From contig JAFSTA010000084.1 in NCBI GenBank assembly GCA_017450695.1, positions 34,474-98,473 on the forward strand: 64,000 nt of DNA, in the 5' to 3' direction. Positions 11,601-20,413 of this stretch are shown here, one piece after another. Each line of letters starts with the position of its first letter. Position 1 is the stretch's first letter. A program made the translations under genes and the position numbers. The notes beneath the pieces were generated by a model that saw only the letters and a program-made list of their open reading frames with translations, was not told the DNA's origin and ran no database searches. Origin of the DNA: Kiritimatiellia bacterium (GTDB lineage Bacteria > Verrucomicrobiota > Kiritimatiellia > RFP12 > UBA1067).

Positions 11601-13478
11601 TACACGCAACCGTTCACGGTTTTGACCGAGACGCTGGTTCAGGCGCGCGCCCTTTCGGGCACGACTTGGAGTGCCTTGTCGGAATACACCGTGGAAGTGG
11701 CGCAAGACCATGCTGTCTTCCTTTTGCCCGACGAGGGAAATTGGGACAAGAACGCAAACTGGAGTACGGGAACCTACCCCAACGGTGCGGGTGTTTGGGC
11801 TGAGATTCCCGCGCCGACCACGCTTGATTCGGAAGGAAAGAGAAATGTCCGAATCAACAAGTCCGCCATCACGGTTGGGCGGCTCGACCTCTTCAACGGC
11901 TCGGCGACCAACCGCGTCTGCAACAAGAAGGACGCCGCTGCCGGAACCACGCTGACATTCAACGGCGGAGATGCCCCCGCCTTGGTCACTGTACCAAACA
12001 ATGAAAGCGGCATGGCTGTCATCGAGGTGAATTACGGCGTCATCTTGGCAAACGAGCTACGCCTTGTGGTCAGTAACCTGACGGGAAATGCCGAGTACGG
12101 CGCACTCCGTCTGCAACAGGCGTGGAGCGGTCCGGGCGGTCTCACGAAGGAGGGACCCGGCGTCTGCTCCGTCACCGGCGGAGACAAAACCTATACCGGC
12201 GACACGCGGATTCGCGAGGGTGTGATGACGTTCAGCGCGAAATCCATCCCGACAGCCACGCGCTCCTTCACGGTCGAGCCGGGTGGTCAGCTTCGCCTGA
12301 ACCCAGGAAACGCGACCTACCGTTTTCCCTGTTCGCTGTCGATCAGCGGATACGGGCGTGATCCCGCACTGGGCGCCGGTCTGGATTCGGAGGGAGCCTT
12401 GCGTCTTTCTTCGAAAGATTCCTCCGATTCCATCGTCGGCATTGAAACGCCCGTACTGCTCACCGGAAATGCGGGTATCCACGTCTCTGGCGTCTGCAGC
12501 TCCATGACACTTGCGCAGGGTGTTCGTGGAACGAACGAACTGAGGAAGACGGGAGAAGGAACGCTCACGCTCGCCGGCACCATCGATCTCGGCGACGGTG
12601 CGGCGACAGTTGCCGACGGAGTGCTCGCCTGCTCTGGAACCGGTTCGGTCGCCTCCGTTACCGGTACTGGCACGGTTGCCTGTCTCGCCGGACAGATTTC
12701 GGTACACACGTTCGACAGCCACCTCCGTTTCGCCGCCCGCCTTGTGAATAGCGGTGCGGAAAACGCGACCGGAAACGGCTTCATCTTCCTTTCCGATCCG
12801 ACTTCCCTTCCGCATGAAATCGACGTGTATCTGTCAGATGCGGATGACTTGACAGGTGTGTATTACGGAGGACTCTGCGTACCGCTCCATTCGCAACTTG
12901 CCTCCCGGCTTGCAACAATCCAGACGCACGTCTATGTGCCGGACGTCTCCGGCGGACAACGCTTCGATGGCACCACATGGACAGCCGTCCCCGCCGTCAT
13001 CGCAGCAGAACCGGTTGCCGTCACCCTGAACGGAACCAACTGTCAGGCACGGGTACTCACCGTGACCCGCAATCCGGCTTCGGCAACTTCGTTCTCTTAC
13101 ACGCAATGGAAAGAAACCGTCTTTACACCCGCGCAGAATCAGGATGAACAGATCTCCGGTCCGCTGGTGGAGACGGGAAAAGTTCCGAATCTGTTCCGCT
13201 ATGCGTTCGGTATGACGCTAGAAGACCTGCCCGCAGACTTCTATCCGCGGTTGGAGATTACGGGCACGACTCGCCTGTACCGCTGGCGAATCAACCCGAC
13301 ACGCGACGACCTCCGTTATCTCGTCGAGGCTTCCACCCGCGTCGAGAACTGGAACGATGCCGAATGCCTCTTCGATTCAGACCGACAGATTCCCGAAACA
13401 GAGGATGGCTGGGCGACTTTGACTGATACGCGCAACCTTCCCCAGCGCTTCTACCGCCTCAAAGTATTCCTCAAGTGA
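8604..13478 (+). CDS. Giant secreted CotH-kinase-family protein with lamin-tail (LTD), LamG/concanavalin-like, chitobiase-C/Fn3-like domains and C-terminal autotransporter-type beta-strand repeats
   Basis: Signal peptide MKTHSSFLPFFVWSVVVFPFLASA. LTD: IVINEVQSSND...SDWVELYNTGTTNVDLSGWGVSDK. CotH core: HVHLFINGRYWGIYNVAERID. LamG-like WMNLAAITD...YFDGSIAEVVILNRALTATEWERL. Repeats such as LRKTGEGTLTLAGTIDLGDG (TIGR02601-like). Confidence 0.8.
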   Translation: MKTHSSFLPFFVWSVVVFPFLASATIVINEVQSSNDSTCRDEYGMSSDWVELYNTGTTNVDLSGWGVSDKTSKPFKWIFPSGATIAAQSHLRLFASGRDVVESQEVEGIDPSTFSSNLVLWLSADDFSSTANGTSVTNWYDRSGYGNHATQCLARAPSVQLQAVNGHAALSFKRSSKQHFLLPKAFHGLSSLSNSTIMVACKWNGAVTSGIFGQWTSGTSTQNAHFEIQSGGTLRWRVANSDLKVNAAVTSGTWMNLAAITDCDRETPMLSLVKDGQLLQSLEKSIGQQNFSIADLIYLGDSCEASDSSSGRYFDGSIAEVVILNRALTATEWERLSQYFIDKYGADIRTNYHLSFKLGAEGETLTVTQPDGTLSDQVTFGAIPCDASYGRSPSGGEDFAWFAEPTPGAANSETAYDAPLAPVQFSVERGLYEEPISLTLSHPDPEAAIFYTLDYSEPSVSNGTRYAGETIAISHTTVVRAYADKPGTLPYRSIQTHSYIFLSDVPQQTDIPAGCPSVWTSGGSTPASYGISTQVVATAEDVINLTNALRQLPILSLSLAAEKVFGSSAGVYSHAADSSLEEAVSAEWLTNGVGFVQTDAGLKAQGAASRNFSSTPKKPLRLCFRGRYGAGKLKTPVLQDIGYSCDEFNTLVLRAEYNNSWVHREAPQRLRGSNVRDQWMRDTQGKMSGYQSHGNHVHLFINGRYWGIYNVAERIDASLAATLFGGDKEEYDGLAYDGDTGSIKARDGDTTSWNALMTLLSADLTLRENYQAVAQRVDLPAFADYMLLNFFGGNQDWPHNNFAMVCSRLEGGKFYFCCWDVERTLEGVSDNRLSASFSIGPKKLHDRLLTSPEYKMLFADRAHKHLFNGGALTVESMIPRYRALADKLEPAIFAEAARWGSYRLENGSASQGYGLEEWIAERDRVLNTYLPQRPAQFITQLQTAGLYPTVEAPEISESANGFQKQVTISIPAGTQVYYTLDGTDPRVAFSGGTSATALAYTQPFTVLTETLVQARALSGTTWSALSEYTVEVAQDHAVFLLPDEGNWDKNANWSTGTYPNGAGVWAEIPAPTTLDSEGKRNVRINKSAITVGRLDLFNGSATNRVCNKKDAAAGTTLTFNGGDAPALVTVPNNESGMAVIEVNYGVILANELRLVVSNLTGNAEYGALRLQQAWSGPGGLTKEGPGVCSVTGGDKTYTGDTRIREGVMTFSAKSIPTATRSFTVEPGGQLRLNPGNATYRFPCSLSISGYGRDPALGAGLDSEGALRLSSKDSSDSIVGIETPVLLTGNAGIHVSGVCSSMTLAQGVRGTNELRKTGEGTLTLAGTIDLGDGAATVADGVLACSGTGSVASVTGTGTVACLAGQISVHTFDSHLRFAARLVNSGAENATGNGFIFLSDPTSLPHEIDVYLSDADDLTGVYYGGLCVPLHSQLASRLATIQTHVYVPDVSGGQRFDGTTWTAVPAVIAAEPVAVTLNGTNCQARVLTVTRNPASATSFSYTQWKETVFTPAQNQDEQISGPLVETGKVPNLFRYAFGMTLEDLPADFYPRLEITGTTRLYRWRINPTRDDLRYLVEASTRVENWNDAECLFDSDRQIPETEDGWATLTDTRNLPQRFYRLKVFLK

Positions 13479-13531
13479 CAGCGGATGGATGATCCCCGTC
13501 TTCAGCCGAGTAGCAGGTAACAGAACAGAAT

Positions 13532-13553
13532 GAAGCGGCAGAAGTACCGCTTC
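13532..13553 (+). terminator. Hairpin GAAGCGG-cagaagta-CCGCTTC 54 nt after the CotH gene stop
   Basis: Same stem family (GAAGCGNCA/TGNCGCTTC) as hairpins in repeat families R2 and at 56855..56880. No T-tract. Confidence 0.35.
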
Positions 13554-13577
13554 ACCGAACGTCTCACTTAAAACTCG

Positions 13578-13760
13578 TAGCTGATAGGCGTGTTATCTTT
13601 TGCTTGGAGACAACCGTAACAACGAATCAACAACAAACTGGTGGTCGTCGCGCAACCGCGCGACGGGTATCTATCATTCGGCTCACGGTTGCGAGCCGTC
13701 CCGATTCAAGGTTGTTCTCGATGTTGTTTCTCGATGTTGTTCCTGTTGTTTCCTTTCTAC
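13578..13760 (+). repeat. Intergenic repeat family R1, copy b
   Basis: Aligns with 8183..8340 over ~150 bp with scattered substitutions. Confidence 0.75.
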
Positions 13761-13784
13761 CTTAGCTGTTGGCTTGTTGCGGGT

Positions 13785-13895
13785 AGCTTGTTACCCCGCG
13801 TTGTGCGCGGGAATGAAAATGAGGGTAAATTTGTCTCGCGCAAAGGGAAACAAGTCTCCCAATCGGGGAAGCGACACTCTTGTCGCTTCTACCTA
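13785..13895 (+). repeat. Intergenic repeat family R2, copy b
   Basis: Aligns with 3040..3148, including the terminal gaagcgacactcttgtcgcttc hairpin. Confidence 0.7.
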
Positions 13896-14079
13896 GCAAC
13901 AGAGCAGTGCGAAGCGGCAGGAGTGCCGCTTCCCCGAATGTCTCGCGCCGGACTCGGAACTTATAGGCAGGCTGGTTGGGCGGTTTACGCATCTCAGTCG
14001 CGACACCCTCTCCCATACTAAAGATCACCGTCAAAAAAATATCTTGCACTCGCCTCGAAAATCCCCTATTGTAAACTCA

Positions 14080-15270
14080 ATGAAAATCTTATGGATAGAT
14101 GTTGTTTCGGAGATGGGCGGGGCTCAGTACAGCCTGTTGGATGCATGCCGCAAGCTGGTTGCGTATCCTGATTTGGAAATCGCCGTTGCGCTTCCTCACG
14201 GACCTCTTTTCTCTCATCTGTCGGATGCAGGAATCACCTGTTTCCCGATTGAACCGATCCGTGCCCGGCGTAGAGGAAAGGGATTGTTCTCGACCCTTGC
14301 CAAGTTTTTCCGCGCACCCTCCGCGATCCACAAGATCATTCGCGCTTTCCGTCCCGATATCCTGCACGCGAACGCCCTTCCTTCCCTGTTGACGATTCGG
14401 AAGGAACGGAAGATACCGATTTTCTGGCATGTCCGTGACCTGCGTCAGCCCTACCCTCTCTTCCGCGAAGGCGCCTATCTGGCTACACGTATCATCGCCG
14501 CATCGCAATCAATCGAGGAGCACCTCGTCGAAAGCGTCTCCTCCAAAACTTTCTCCCGCATCAAACTCGTACGCAACGGAATCGACACGGACCGTTACGT
14601 CCCGCGCGATAATCGGGCGGCGCGTGACCGTTTCGGACTGCCGCAGGATGTTCCGCTGGTTGGGATGGTCGCGCACTTCATTCCGTGGAAACGTCATGAC
14701 CTCTTTCTAGAAACGGCCGCGCTCGTTCATGCACGGATTCCAGAAGCCCATTTTGTCCTGGCGGGACAAGATCTCTTCCATGAGAACGCCGCATACATCA
14801 ACACACTCCACAAGCAGGCAGAAACGCTCGGCATCGCAGATCGCGTGCATTTCATCGGGGATTGCCAAGCAACGGAAACACTCTTCCCGGCTTTCACCGT
14901 CCTGCTCCACCCGCCGGTCGGGGAACCCTTCGGGCGCGTGATCTGTGAAGCTCTCGCCTGCCAGGTTCCTGTTGTCGCGGCGGCATCCGCCGGACCGGAA
15001 GAAATCATCGCGGGAACAAACTCCCAAGCGGGAAACACCGGCCATCCGGGAATCCTGTGCGAACGCAAGACACCGGAGGATTTTGCCGACGCCGTCTGTA
15101 AACTGATCGAGGAGCCGCAGACGCGAACGCAAATGGGGACAATGGGGCGGCAAGTGGTCTGCGAGCGGTACAGCATTTCCCGTGTTGCGGAGGAATTGCA
15201 TAAACTCTACCAGACGACCCTGCATGAAATCGCAGAGGATCTCCGTCGCGCCACCAACAGCGACTCCTAG
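14080..15270 (+). CDS. Glycosyltransferase family 4 (GT4, RfaB-like)
   Basis: MKILWIDVVSEMGGAQYSLLD N-terminus (GT4 N-domain). C-terminal EPFGRVICEALACQVPVVAAASAGPEEII (the E-x7-E donor-binding region typical of GT4). Confidence 0.8.
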   Translation: MKILWIDVVSEMGGAQYSLLDACRKLVAYPDLEIAVALPHGPLFSHLSDAGITCFPIEPIRARRRGKGLFSTLAKFFRAPSAIHKIIRAFRPDILHANALPSLLTIRKERKIPIFWHVRDLRQPYPLFREGAYLATRIIAASQSIEEHLVESVSSKTFSRIKLVRNGIDTDRYVPRDNRAARDRFGLPQDVPLVGMVAHFIPWKRHDLFLETAALVHARIPEAHFVLAGQDLFHENAAYINTLHKQAETLGIADRVHFIGDCQATETLFPAFTVLLHPPVGEPFGRVICEALACQVPVVAAASAGPEEIIAGTNSQAGNTGHPGILCERKTPEDFADAVCKLIEEPQTRTQMGTMGRQVVCERYSISRVAEELHKLYQTTLHEIAEDLRRATNSDS

Positions 15271-15332
15271 TGTGCCATCCCGTGTGGTTACCCACCTCTT
15301 GAAACACCGGATCAGAAAAAAGGAAATGAATC

Positions 15333-17345
15333 ATGACGATCTTGTTGACATCCCTTGTCTTGGCAGCCTCTTGGCCACAGCCGACAGCCGAAATGAAACC
15401 GTGGGCATACAACTGGTGGATGGGTTCTGCCGTTGACAAAAAGGGATTGGAGTTCCAATGCTCCGAAATGGCAGACAAAGGGTTCGGAGGTTTCCATGTC
15501 ATTCCGATCTACGGCGCGAACGGTCCGGAAAACTGTTACCGCAAGCAATGGAAGGAACTGCTTTCCCCCGATTGGATCGAGGCATGGAACCTGGCGGCAC
15601 AAACCGCTCGTTCACGGGGTCTCGGCATCGACCTCACGATGGGGGCTGGCTGGTGCTTCGGTGGCCCGTGGATCGACAAGGAACACGCGGCCAGCTCCGG
15701 CATGAAGGTGAAACGTGCGGGCCCCGGCGGACAAGGCTATATGATCGACCCGTTTTCTCCGGCGGCGATGTCCAACCACGTGGCGCGTTTTGACGCCGTG
15801 TTCGGGAAAGGCGGTACGGCAGAACGTCCCCGCGCATTCTACCACGACAGCTACGAATACTACGGCGCGATTCCGAAACACGGGGAAGACGTGGATGAAT
15901 CGTTGCTCGCCTGTTTCCAGGTCTGGACCGACTGGTGCCGCGCAAACGGATACCTCTCGCGTAACGAGGCGCACGGCGCCCCGGCGAACTGGCTCGACTT
16001 CTACGCGCTTGCCGACATCCCCGAAACGGAAATGTTCGGCAAGAAAGACCGCGATATCCTAATCTCCAAATTCGCCTCTTCCGTCGCGCACGTCAAGGGC
16101 ACGAGGCTCGTCAGCGCCGAGAGCTGCACGTGGATCGACGAACATTTCTGCGAACGCCCCTCCGAAATCAAGGTTTTCCTCGACAAGCTTTTCCTCGCAG
16201 GGGTGAACCACGTCTTTTATCACGGGCTTTGTTATTCGCCGGTCGATGCTCCCTGGCCCGGATGGTGTTTCTACGCCTCGCTGGAGATGAACCCGCGCAA
16301 TCCGATCTGGCGCGAAGTCGCCGCAATCAACGCCTATGTGACGCGCTGCCAATCGATCTTCCAGACCTGGACTCCCGCGAATGACCTGCTGGTGGTGTGG
16401 GATCCGACTCGCTACCGCAAAAAGCCCGGCAACGCCTGTAAACAGATGAGCGTACACAACAACGACTGGTTCTACGGGGAACCGATCGGAAAGACCGCGA
16501 AACGCCTCTATGAAGCGGGGTTCTGTTTCGACTATGTTTCGCGGCGGCAGCTGCGCGAACTTTCTCTCGCGCGGTATGCAGAGACAATTGATCCGGAGAA
16601 GAACGAATGGCCGAAGATCGTGAAGCCTTGCCCATTCACAGCCGCGACCGGTATCCAGGCGACGCGCTGGACGAAAGACGGACAAACCCTCTACTTTGTC
16701 GTGAACACCAGTACTCAAGAAAAGGAAATCCATGCCGGAAAATCCTTCACCGTACTGAATCCGCTATCAGGGAAGATCTCGGAACAAACCTCTGTCCTGA
16801 TTTGTCGGAACCATTCCCTCTTCCTGATCGGCGACGGCTTCACCGTCTCCGATGCGACGAACGAGAAGCGGAACGAACGGGAAATCACGGGTGAATGGAC
16901 TGTGACACCTGTCGTCGGCGGCCCCGAAATGCCAACGCAGAAAACGCTTTCCTCCCTGGTCGGATGGGAGTCGTGGGACGATGCTTTCTCCGGCACGATG
17001 CGGTATGCCATCACCTTTGACGCATCCTCCACGTTCCAGAACCTTTCGCTCGGTGATGTCCGTGAAATCGCGCGGGTACGCCTCAATGGTCAAGACCTCG
17101 GCGTCTGTTTCATGCCGCCGTACCAATACGACATTCCTTCTGGCGCACTGAAGCGAAGCGGAAATCGTCTCGAAATCGAGGTCACGAACCTAGGCGCCAA
17201 TCGTCTGCGCTGGAACGACAGGAACGGCGTAAACTGGAAATACTTCTCCGACATCAACATCGTCGGAAGCAATTACAAGAAGCTCGACGCCTCCACCTGG
17301 CGTCCCCTGCCGTCCGGGCTGCTCGGCCCTGTCACAATCTGGTGA
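15333..17345 (+). CDS. Secreted putative glycoside hydrolase (family not assignable; galactose-binding-like C-terminal domain)
   Basis: Signal peptide MTILLTSLVLAASWPQP. N-terminal KPWAYNWWMG motif. C-terminal RLNGQDLGVCFMPPYQYDI resembles GH sugar-binding beta-sandwich domains. Possibly GH106-like, but that is only a weak recollection. Confidence 0.45.
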   Translation: MTILLTSLVLAASWPQPTAEMKPWAYNWWMGSAVDKKGLEFQCSEMADKGFGGFHVIPIYGANGPENCYRKQWKELLSPDWIEAWNLAAQTARSRGLGIDLTMGAGWCFGGPWIDKEHAASSGMKVKRAGPGGQGYMIDPFSPAAMSNHVARFDAVFGKGGTAERPRAFYHDSYEYYGAIPKHGEDVDESLLACFQVWTDWCRANGYLSRNEAHGAPANWLDFYALADIPETEMFGKKDRDILISKFASSVAHVKGTRLVSAESCTWIDEHFCERPSEIKVFLDKLFLAGVNHVFYHGLCYSPVDAPWPGWCFYASLEMNPRNPIWREVAAINAYVTRCQSIFQTWTPANDLLVVWDPTRYRKKPGNACKQMSVHNNDWFYGEPIGKTAKRLYEAGFCFDYVSRRQLRELSLARYAETIDPEKNEWPKIVKPCPFTAATGIQATRWTKDGQTLYFVVNTSTQEKEIHAGKSFTVLNPLSGKISEQTSVLICRNHSLFLIGDGFTVSDATNEKRNEREITGEWTVTPVVGGPEMPTQKTLSSLVGWESWDDAFSGTMRYAITFDASSTFQNLSLGDVREIARVRLNGQDLGVCFMPPYQYDIPSGALKRSGNRLEIEVTNLGANRLRWNDRNGVNWKYFSDINIVGSNYKKLDASTWRPLPSGLLGPVTIW

Positions 17346-17538
17346 TCCGCGGCTTCTCGCCCCGGAAAACTCAATCAGTGGCACTCGCAATTCCCCTGTT
17401 GATACTCTTAGCCGAAAAGATCACAAAGGCTGAATGGCTTTTGGCTTTTAGCCCCCGCTCACGCCATGCGCGAGTGATTCGATTCATGCTGTACGCACGC
17501 CGGAGGTTGAAGTTTTAGCCGAGGTTGAAATGGCATTG

Positions 17539-17589
17539 TGATTTGTGACATTGTTGGCATTTGTGAACATTTGAGATTTGTGAACAATG
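17539..17589 (+). promoter_or_regulatory. Three direct repeats of ATTTGTGA(A)CA spaced ~17 bp, ~170 bp upstream of the FGE-paralog cluster
   Basis: gtgATTTGTGACAttgttggcATTTGTGAACAtttgagATTTGTGAACAatg read directly. The TGTGA half-site resembles CRP/FNR-type operators. Confidence 0.3.
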
Positions 17590-17756
17590 AAGTTCTAGAC
17601 GAGCTGGTAGCGGGTAGCTGTCGGATGAGAGCTACCGACCACAGCAGCTAGACTTCCCGCCGCTATGCGTTTGACAAGAGCGGCGCAAAAATGATATGGT
17701 AGATACGTCCATTTGATCAACTGTATCTTCGCTTTGAGGCGAAAGGAACATACCGT

Positions 17757-19088
17757 ATGAACAGAACGATCCTGATCCCGACGTTCATGATGCTATTCAC
17801 CGCAACGGCGTTCTCCGTCCCCGGTGTCTCCGCTGTCGAGGTGTTTCCGCCCGACCCTGCGCTGGGCACGGTACGGGTTACCTACTCTCTCGCAAACCCG
17901 CCCGCCATTGTCACCGCCGAACTTTTCGAGAACGGCGTCGCACTGCCGGACGAGGCGCACACCTATCTCGACGGTGATGTCAACCGTTACGTCACCAACA
18001 CCGCCTGCTCCTTCACCTGGGATCCGCGTCACGCGTGGCCGGGACACAGGATGGACGGTACTCTCACGGTACGCGTCACGGCGCATACCTTAGCCGATCC
18101 GCCTCTCTATTGCGTGGTGGATCTCTCGCACGGTTCGGAAGGCGACGCATTCCCCCTGGAGTTCTACACCAGTTCCAACGCCGTGCCAGACGGCGTGACC
18201 GCCGAGTGTTACAAGCGGCAGAAACTCATCCTCCGCAAAATCCCACGCACGGGAGCGGATGGATTTCTGATGGGCGCCCCCGAGTTCGAGGGAAGCAGGG
18301 ACGCGATCCGCGAAAAACAGCATCGTGTGATTCTGACGCGAGATTTCTACATGGGCGTCTTCGAGGTGACACAAGAACAGTTCCGCCGCATCTGCGGCGA
18401 ACAAATCTTGGGCACGAGATTTCAGACGATACACACGGAAAACGCACCCGAAAACTACACCTCGATGAATCCCGTTCTGCCGATGGACACCAACAATTTC
18501 GCCATGATCCGCGGTTCGGTCGCCGACGGAATCGACTGGCCAGCGACCGGATACACGGTCAAGGAAAATTCTTTTATGGATATCCTGCGTCGCAAGACGG
18601 GCAATCTTCTGTTGTTCGACCTGCCGACTGACGCCCAGTGGGAATACGCGGCTCGCGCAGGTAACATGGGATCCTACCCTTCGGGTGACCTATGGATGTA
18701 CACGCAGGCGAACGGGGAATCCTGGAACGACGTGATTGAAAGGGGCAACTCGAACTACGTGGGGAAAATCGGCGCGTTTGTCAATTTTCAAGGATCCCAC
18801 ATCGGGTATCCCCTGCCCGTCGGATCGTTGCGTCCGAACGCATGGGGACTCTACGATGTCTGCGGCAACATCTACGAGCGTGTGCTAGACTGGGTGGATC
18901 GGCAAAACAGTCTGACGAATGCGGTGGATCCCGTCGGAACCGACGCGGAACATGTTTACCGCGTCTTCCGTGGAGGATCCTACAATTACAGTCTCGCCGA
19001 TATCCGCCTTCCCCGCCGTTCCGCCGAATCGCCCGACCGTTGCACCGGCTATATCGGATTTCGTATCGCCGCGACCATCGTTGAATGA
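17757..19088 (+). CDS. Secreted FGE-sulfatase-fold (SUMF1/PF03781) domain protein, paralog 1, with N-terminal ~130 aa beta-rich domain
   Basis: Signal peptide. FGE-fold motifs RTGADGFLMGAPEFEGSRDAIREKQHRVILTRDFYMGVFEVTQEQF, LPTDAQWEYAARAG, NAWGLYDVCGNIYERVLDW, RVFRGGSYNY, GFRIA. Only one Cys where active FGE has the CxxxxC pair. Confidence 0.75.
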   Translation: MNRTILIPTFMMLFTATAFSVPGVSAVEVFPPDPALGTVRVTYSLANPPAIVTAELFENGVALPDEAHTYLDGDVNRYVTNTACSFTWDPRHAWPGHRMDGTLTVRVTAHTLADPPLYCVVDLSHGSEGDAFPLEFYTSSNAVPDGVTAECYKRQKLILRKIPRTGADGFLMGAPEFEGSRDAIREKQHRVILTRDFYMGVFEVTQEQFRRICGEQILGTRFQTIHTENAPENYTSMNPVLPMDTNNFAMIRGSVADGIDWPATGYTVKENSFMDILRRKTGNLLLFDLPTDAQWEYAARAGNMGSYPSGDLWMYTQANGESWNDVIERGNSNYVGKIGAFVNFQGSHIGYPLPVGSLRPNAWGLYDVCGNIYERVLDWVDRQNSLTNAVDPVGTDAEHVYRVFRGGSYNYSLADIRLPRRSAESPDRCTGYIGFRIAATIVE

Positions 19089-19100
19089 GGAGAACGTGAC

Positions 19101-20402
19101 ATGAAAAAATGTGAAATCATCTTCCTTTGCCTCTGCGTAACCAGTCTTCTTGCCAACACGCCTTCGATTGAAACCGTGGAGCTTTCTCTCTCCGCCCGTC
19201 CCGGCGAAGTGGTCGTCAACTACACGCTCGCCAACCCGCCAGCCATCATCACGGCCGCGTTTACGGCAAACGGCGAACGACTCCCCGACACCGCGAGCTG
19301 GTACATGTTGGGTGATGTCAACACGATCGTCACCAATTCCTCCGGTTCGTTCACCTGGAATTATCGGAACACGGTCACGAACCTGGAGACACCCAACCTC
19401 TCCGTCACGCTCACGGCGTGGACACTTGAGGCACCTCCGTTATACTGCTGCATCGATCTTTCCGAGGGACCGAACGCAACGGCCTATCCGTTGGAGTTCT
19501 ACACCAGTTCCAACGCCGTACCGGGAGGTGTCCCCTCCGACACGTACAAAACGGGCAAGATGCTTTTCCGGCGAATTCCGCGTAGCAGCGACGACGGGTT
19601 CACGATGGGATCGCCCGCCAGCGAATCGGGACGCAACGCCGCACGAGAGGCCCAGCGCAACGTGGTACTGACACACGACTTCTACCTGTCCGTCTATGAA
19701 TGTACGCAAGAGCAATGGCAGCGCATCACGGGAAGTTACGGGTTTTCCCACCTTGTGGATGAGATCTCCACCTGGCCGTTCTCTCCGCGGCGTCCGGCGG
19801 AGAATGTGAGCGTCGTCAACATTCGGGGATCTCGCGGCGAGGGCGTCAACTGGCCATCCACAACCAACCATGTCGCATCCGGATCCGTTGCGGGAAAGCT
19901 ACGCGCACGAACCGGCAACATCTACCTTTGGGACCTGCCGACAGAGGCGCAGTGGGAGTACGCCTGCCGCGCCGGCACGACGGGCAGCAGTTACGACGCC
20001 ACGCTTTCCCTCTCCGAAATGGCGGTGTACGGCAGGAATCAGGGCCTCGACAAACCTCCGTCCGTCGATGGCACCCAGATCGTCGGCACCAAGGTTCCCA
20101 ACGCATGGGGACTCTACGACATGCTTGGTAACGTAATGGAATGGTGTAACGACTGGCGTCAGGAAGACACCTCCAACCTACCCCGCGTCAACCCCGTCGG
20201 TCCCAACGAGTTCACGGACGCACAAGGAGTCTATTACCGCATCGCGCGCGGCGGTGGACACAATTACAGCAGCGGTTCCGTGCGTCCCGCGCACCGGAAC
20301 TCTTGGGATGACACCAAATGTAATCAGGCATGGGGATTCCGCTTCTCCGCGACGCTCGGTGCGCACTGGGACACCTCCACCACGCCCCCCACTCTCTACT
20401 AA
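19101..20402 (+). CDS. Secreted FGE-sulfatase-fold domain protein, paralog 2
   Basis: Same architecture as 17757..19088 (VVNYTLANPPAIITAAF N-domain; NAWGLYDMLGNVMEWCNDW; RIARGGGHNY; GFRFSATL). Starts 12 nt after paralog 1. Confidence 0.75.
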   Translation: MKKCEIIFLCLCVTSLLANTPSIETVELSLSARPGEVVVNYTLANPPAIITAAFTANGERLPDTASWYMLGDVNTIVTNSSGSFTWNYRNTVTNLETPNLSVTLTAWTLEAPPLYCCIDLSEGPNATAYPLEFYTSSNAVPGGVPSDTYKTGKMLFRRIPRSSDDGFTMGSPASESGRNAAREAQRNVVLTHDFYLSVYECTQEQWQRITGSYGFSHLVDEISTWPFSPRRPAENVSVVNIRGSRGEGVNWPSTTNHVASGSVAGKLRARTGNIYLWDLPTEAQWEYACRAGTTGSSYDATLSLSEMAVYGRNQGLDKPPSVDGTQIVGTKVPNAWGLYDMLGNVMEWCNDWRQEDTSNLPRVNPVGPNEFTDAQGVYYRIARGGGHNYSSGSVRPAHRNSWDDTKCNQAWGFRFSATLGAHWDTSTTPPTLY

Positions 20403-20413
20403 GGACCTCCGAC

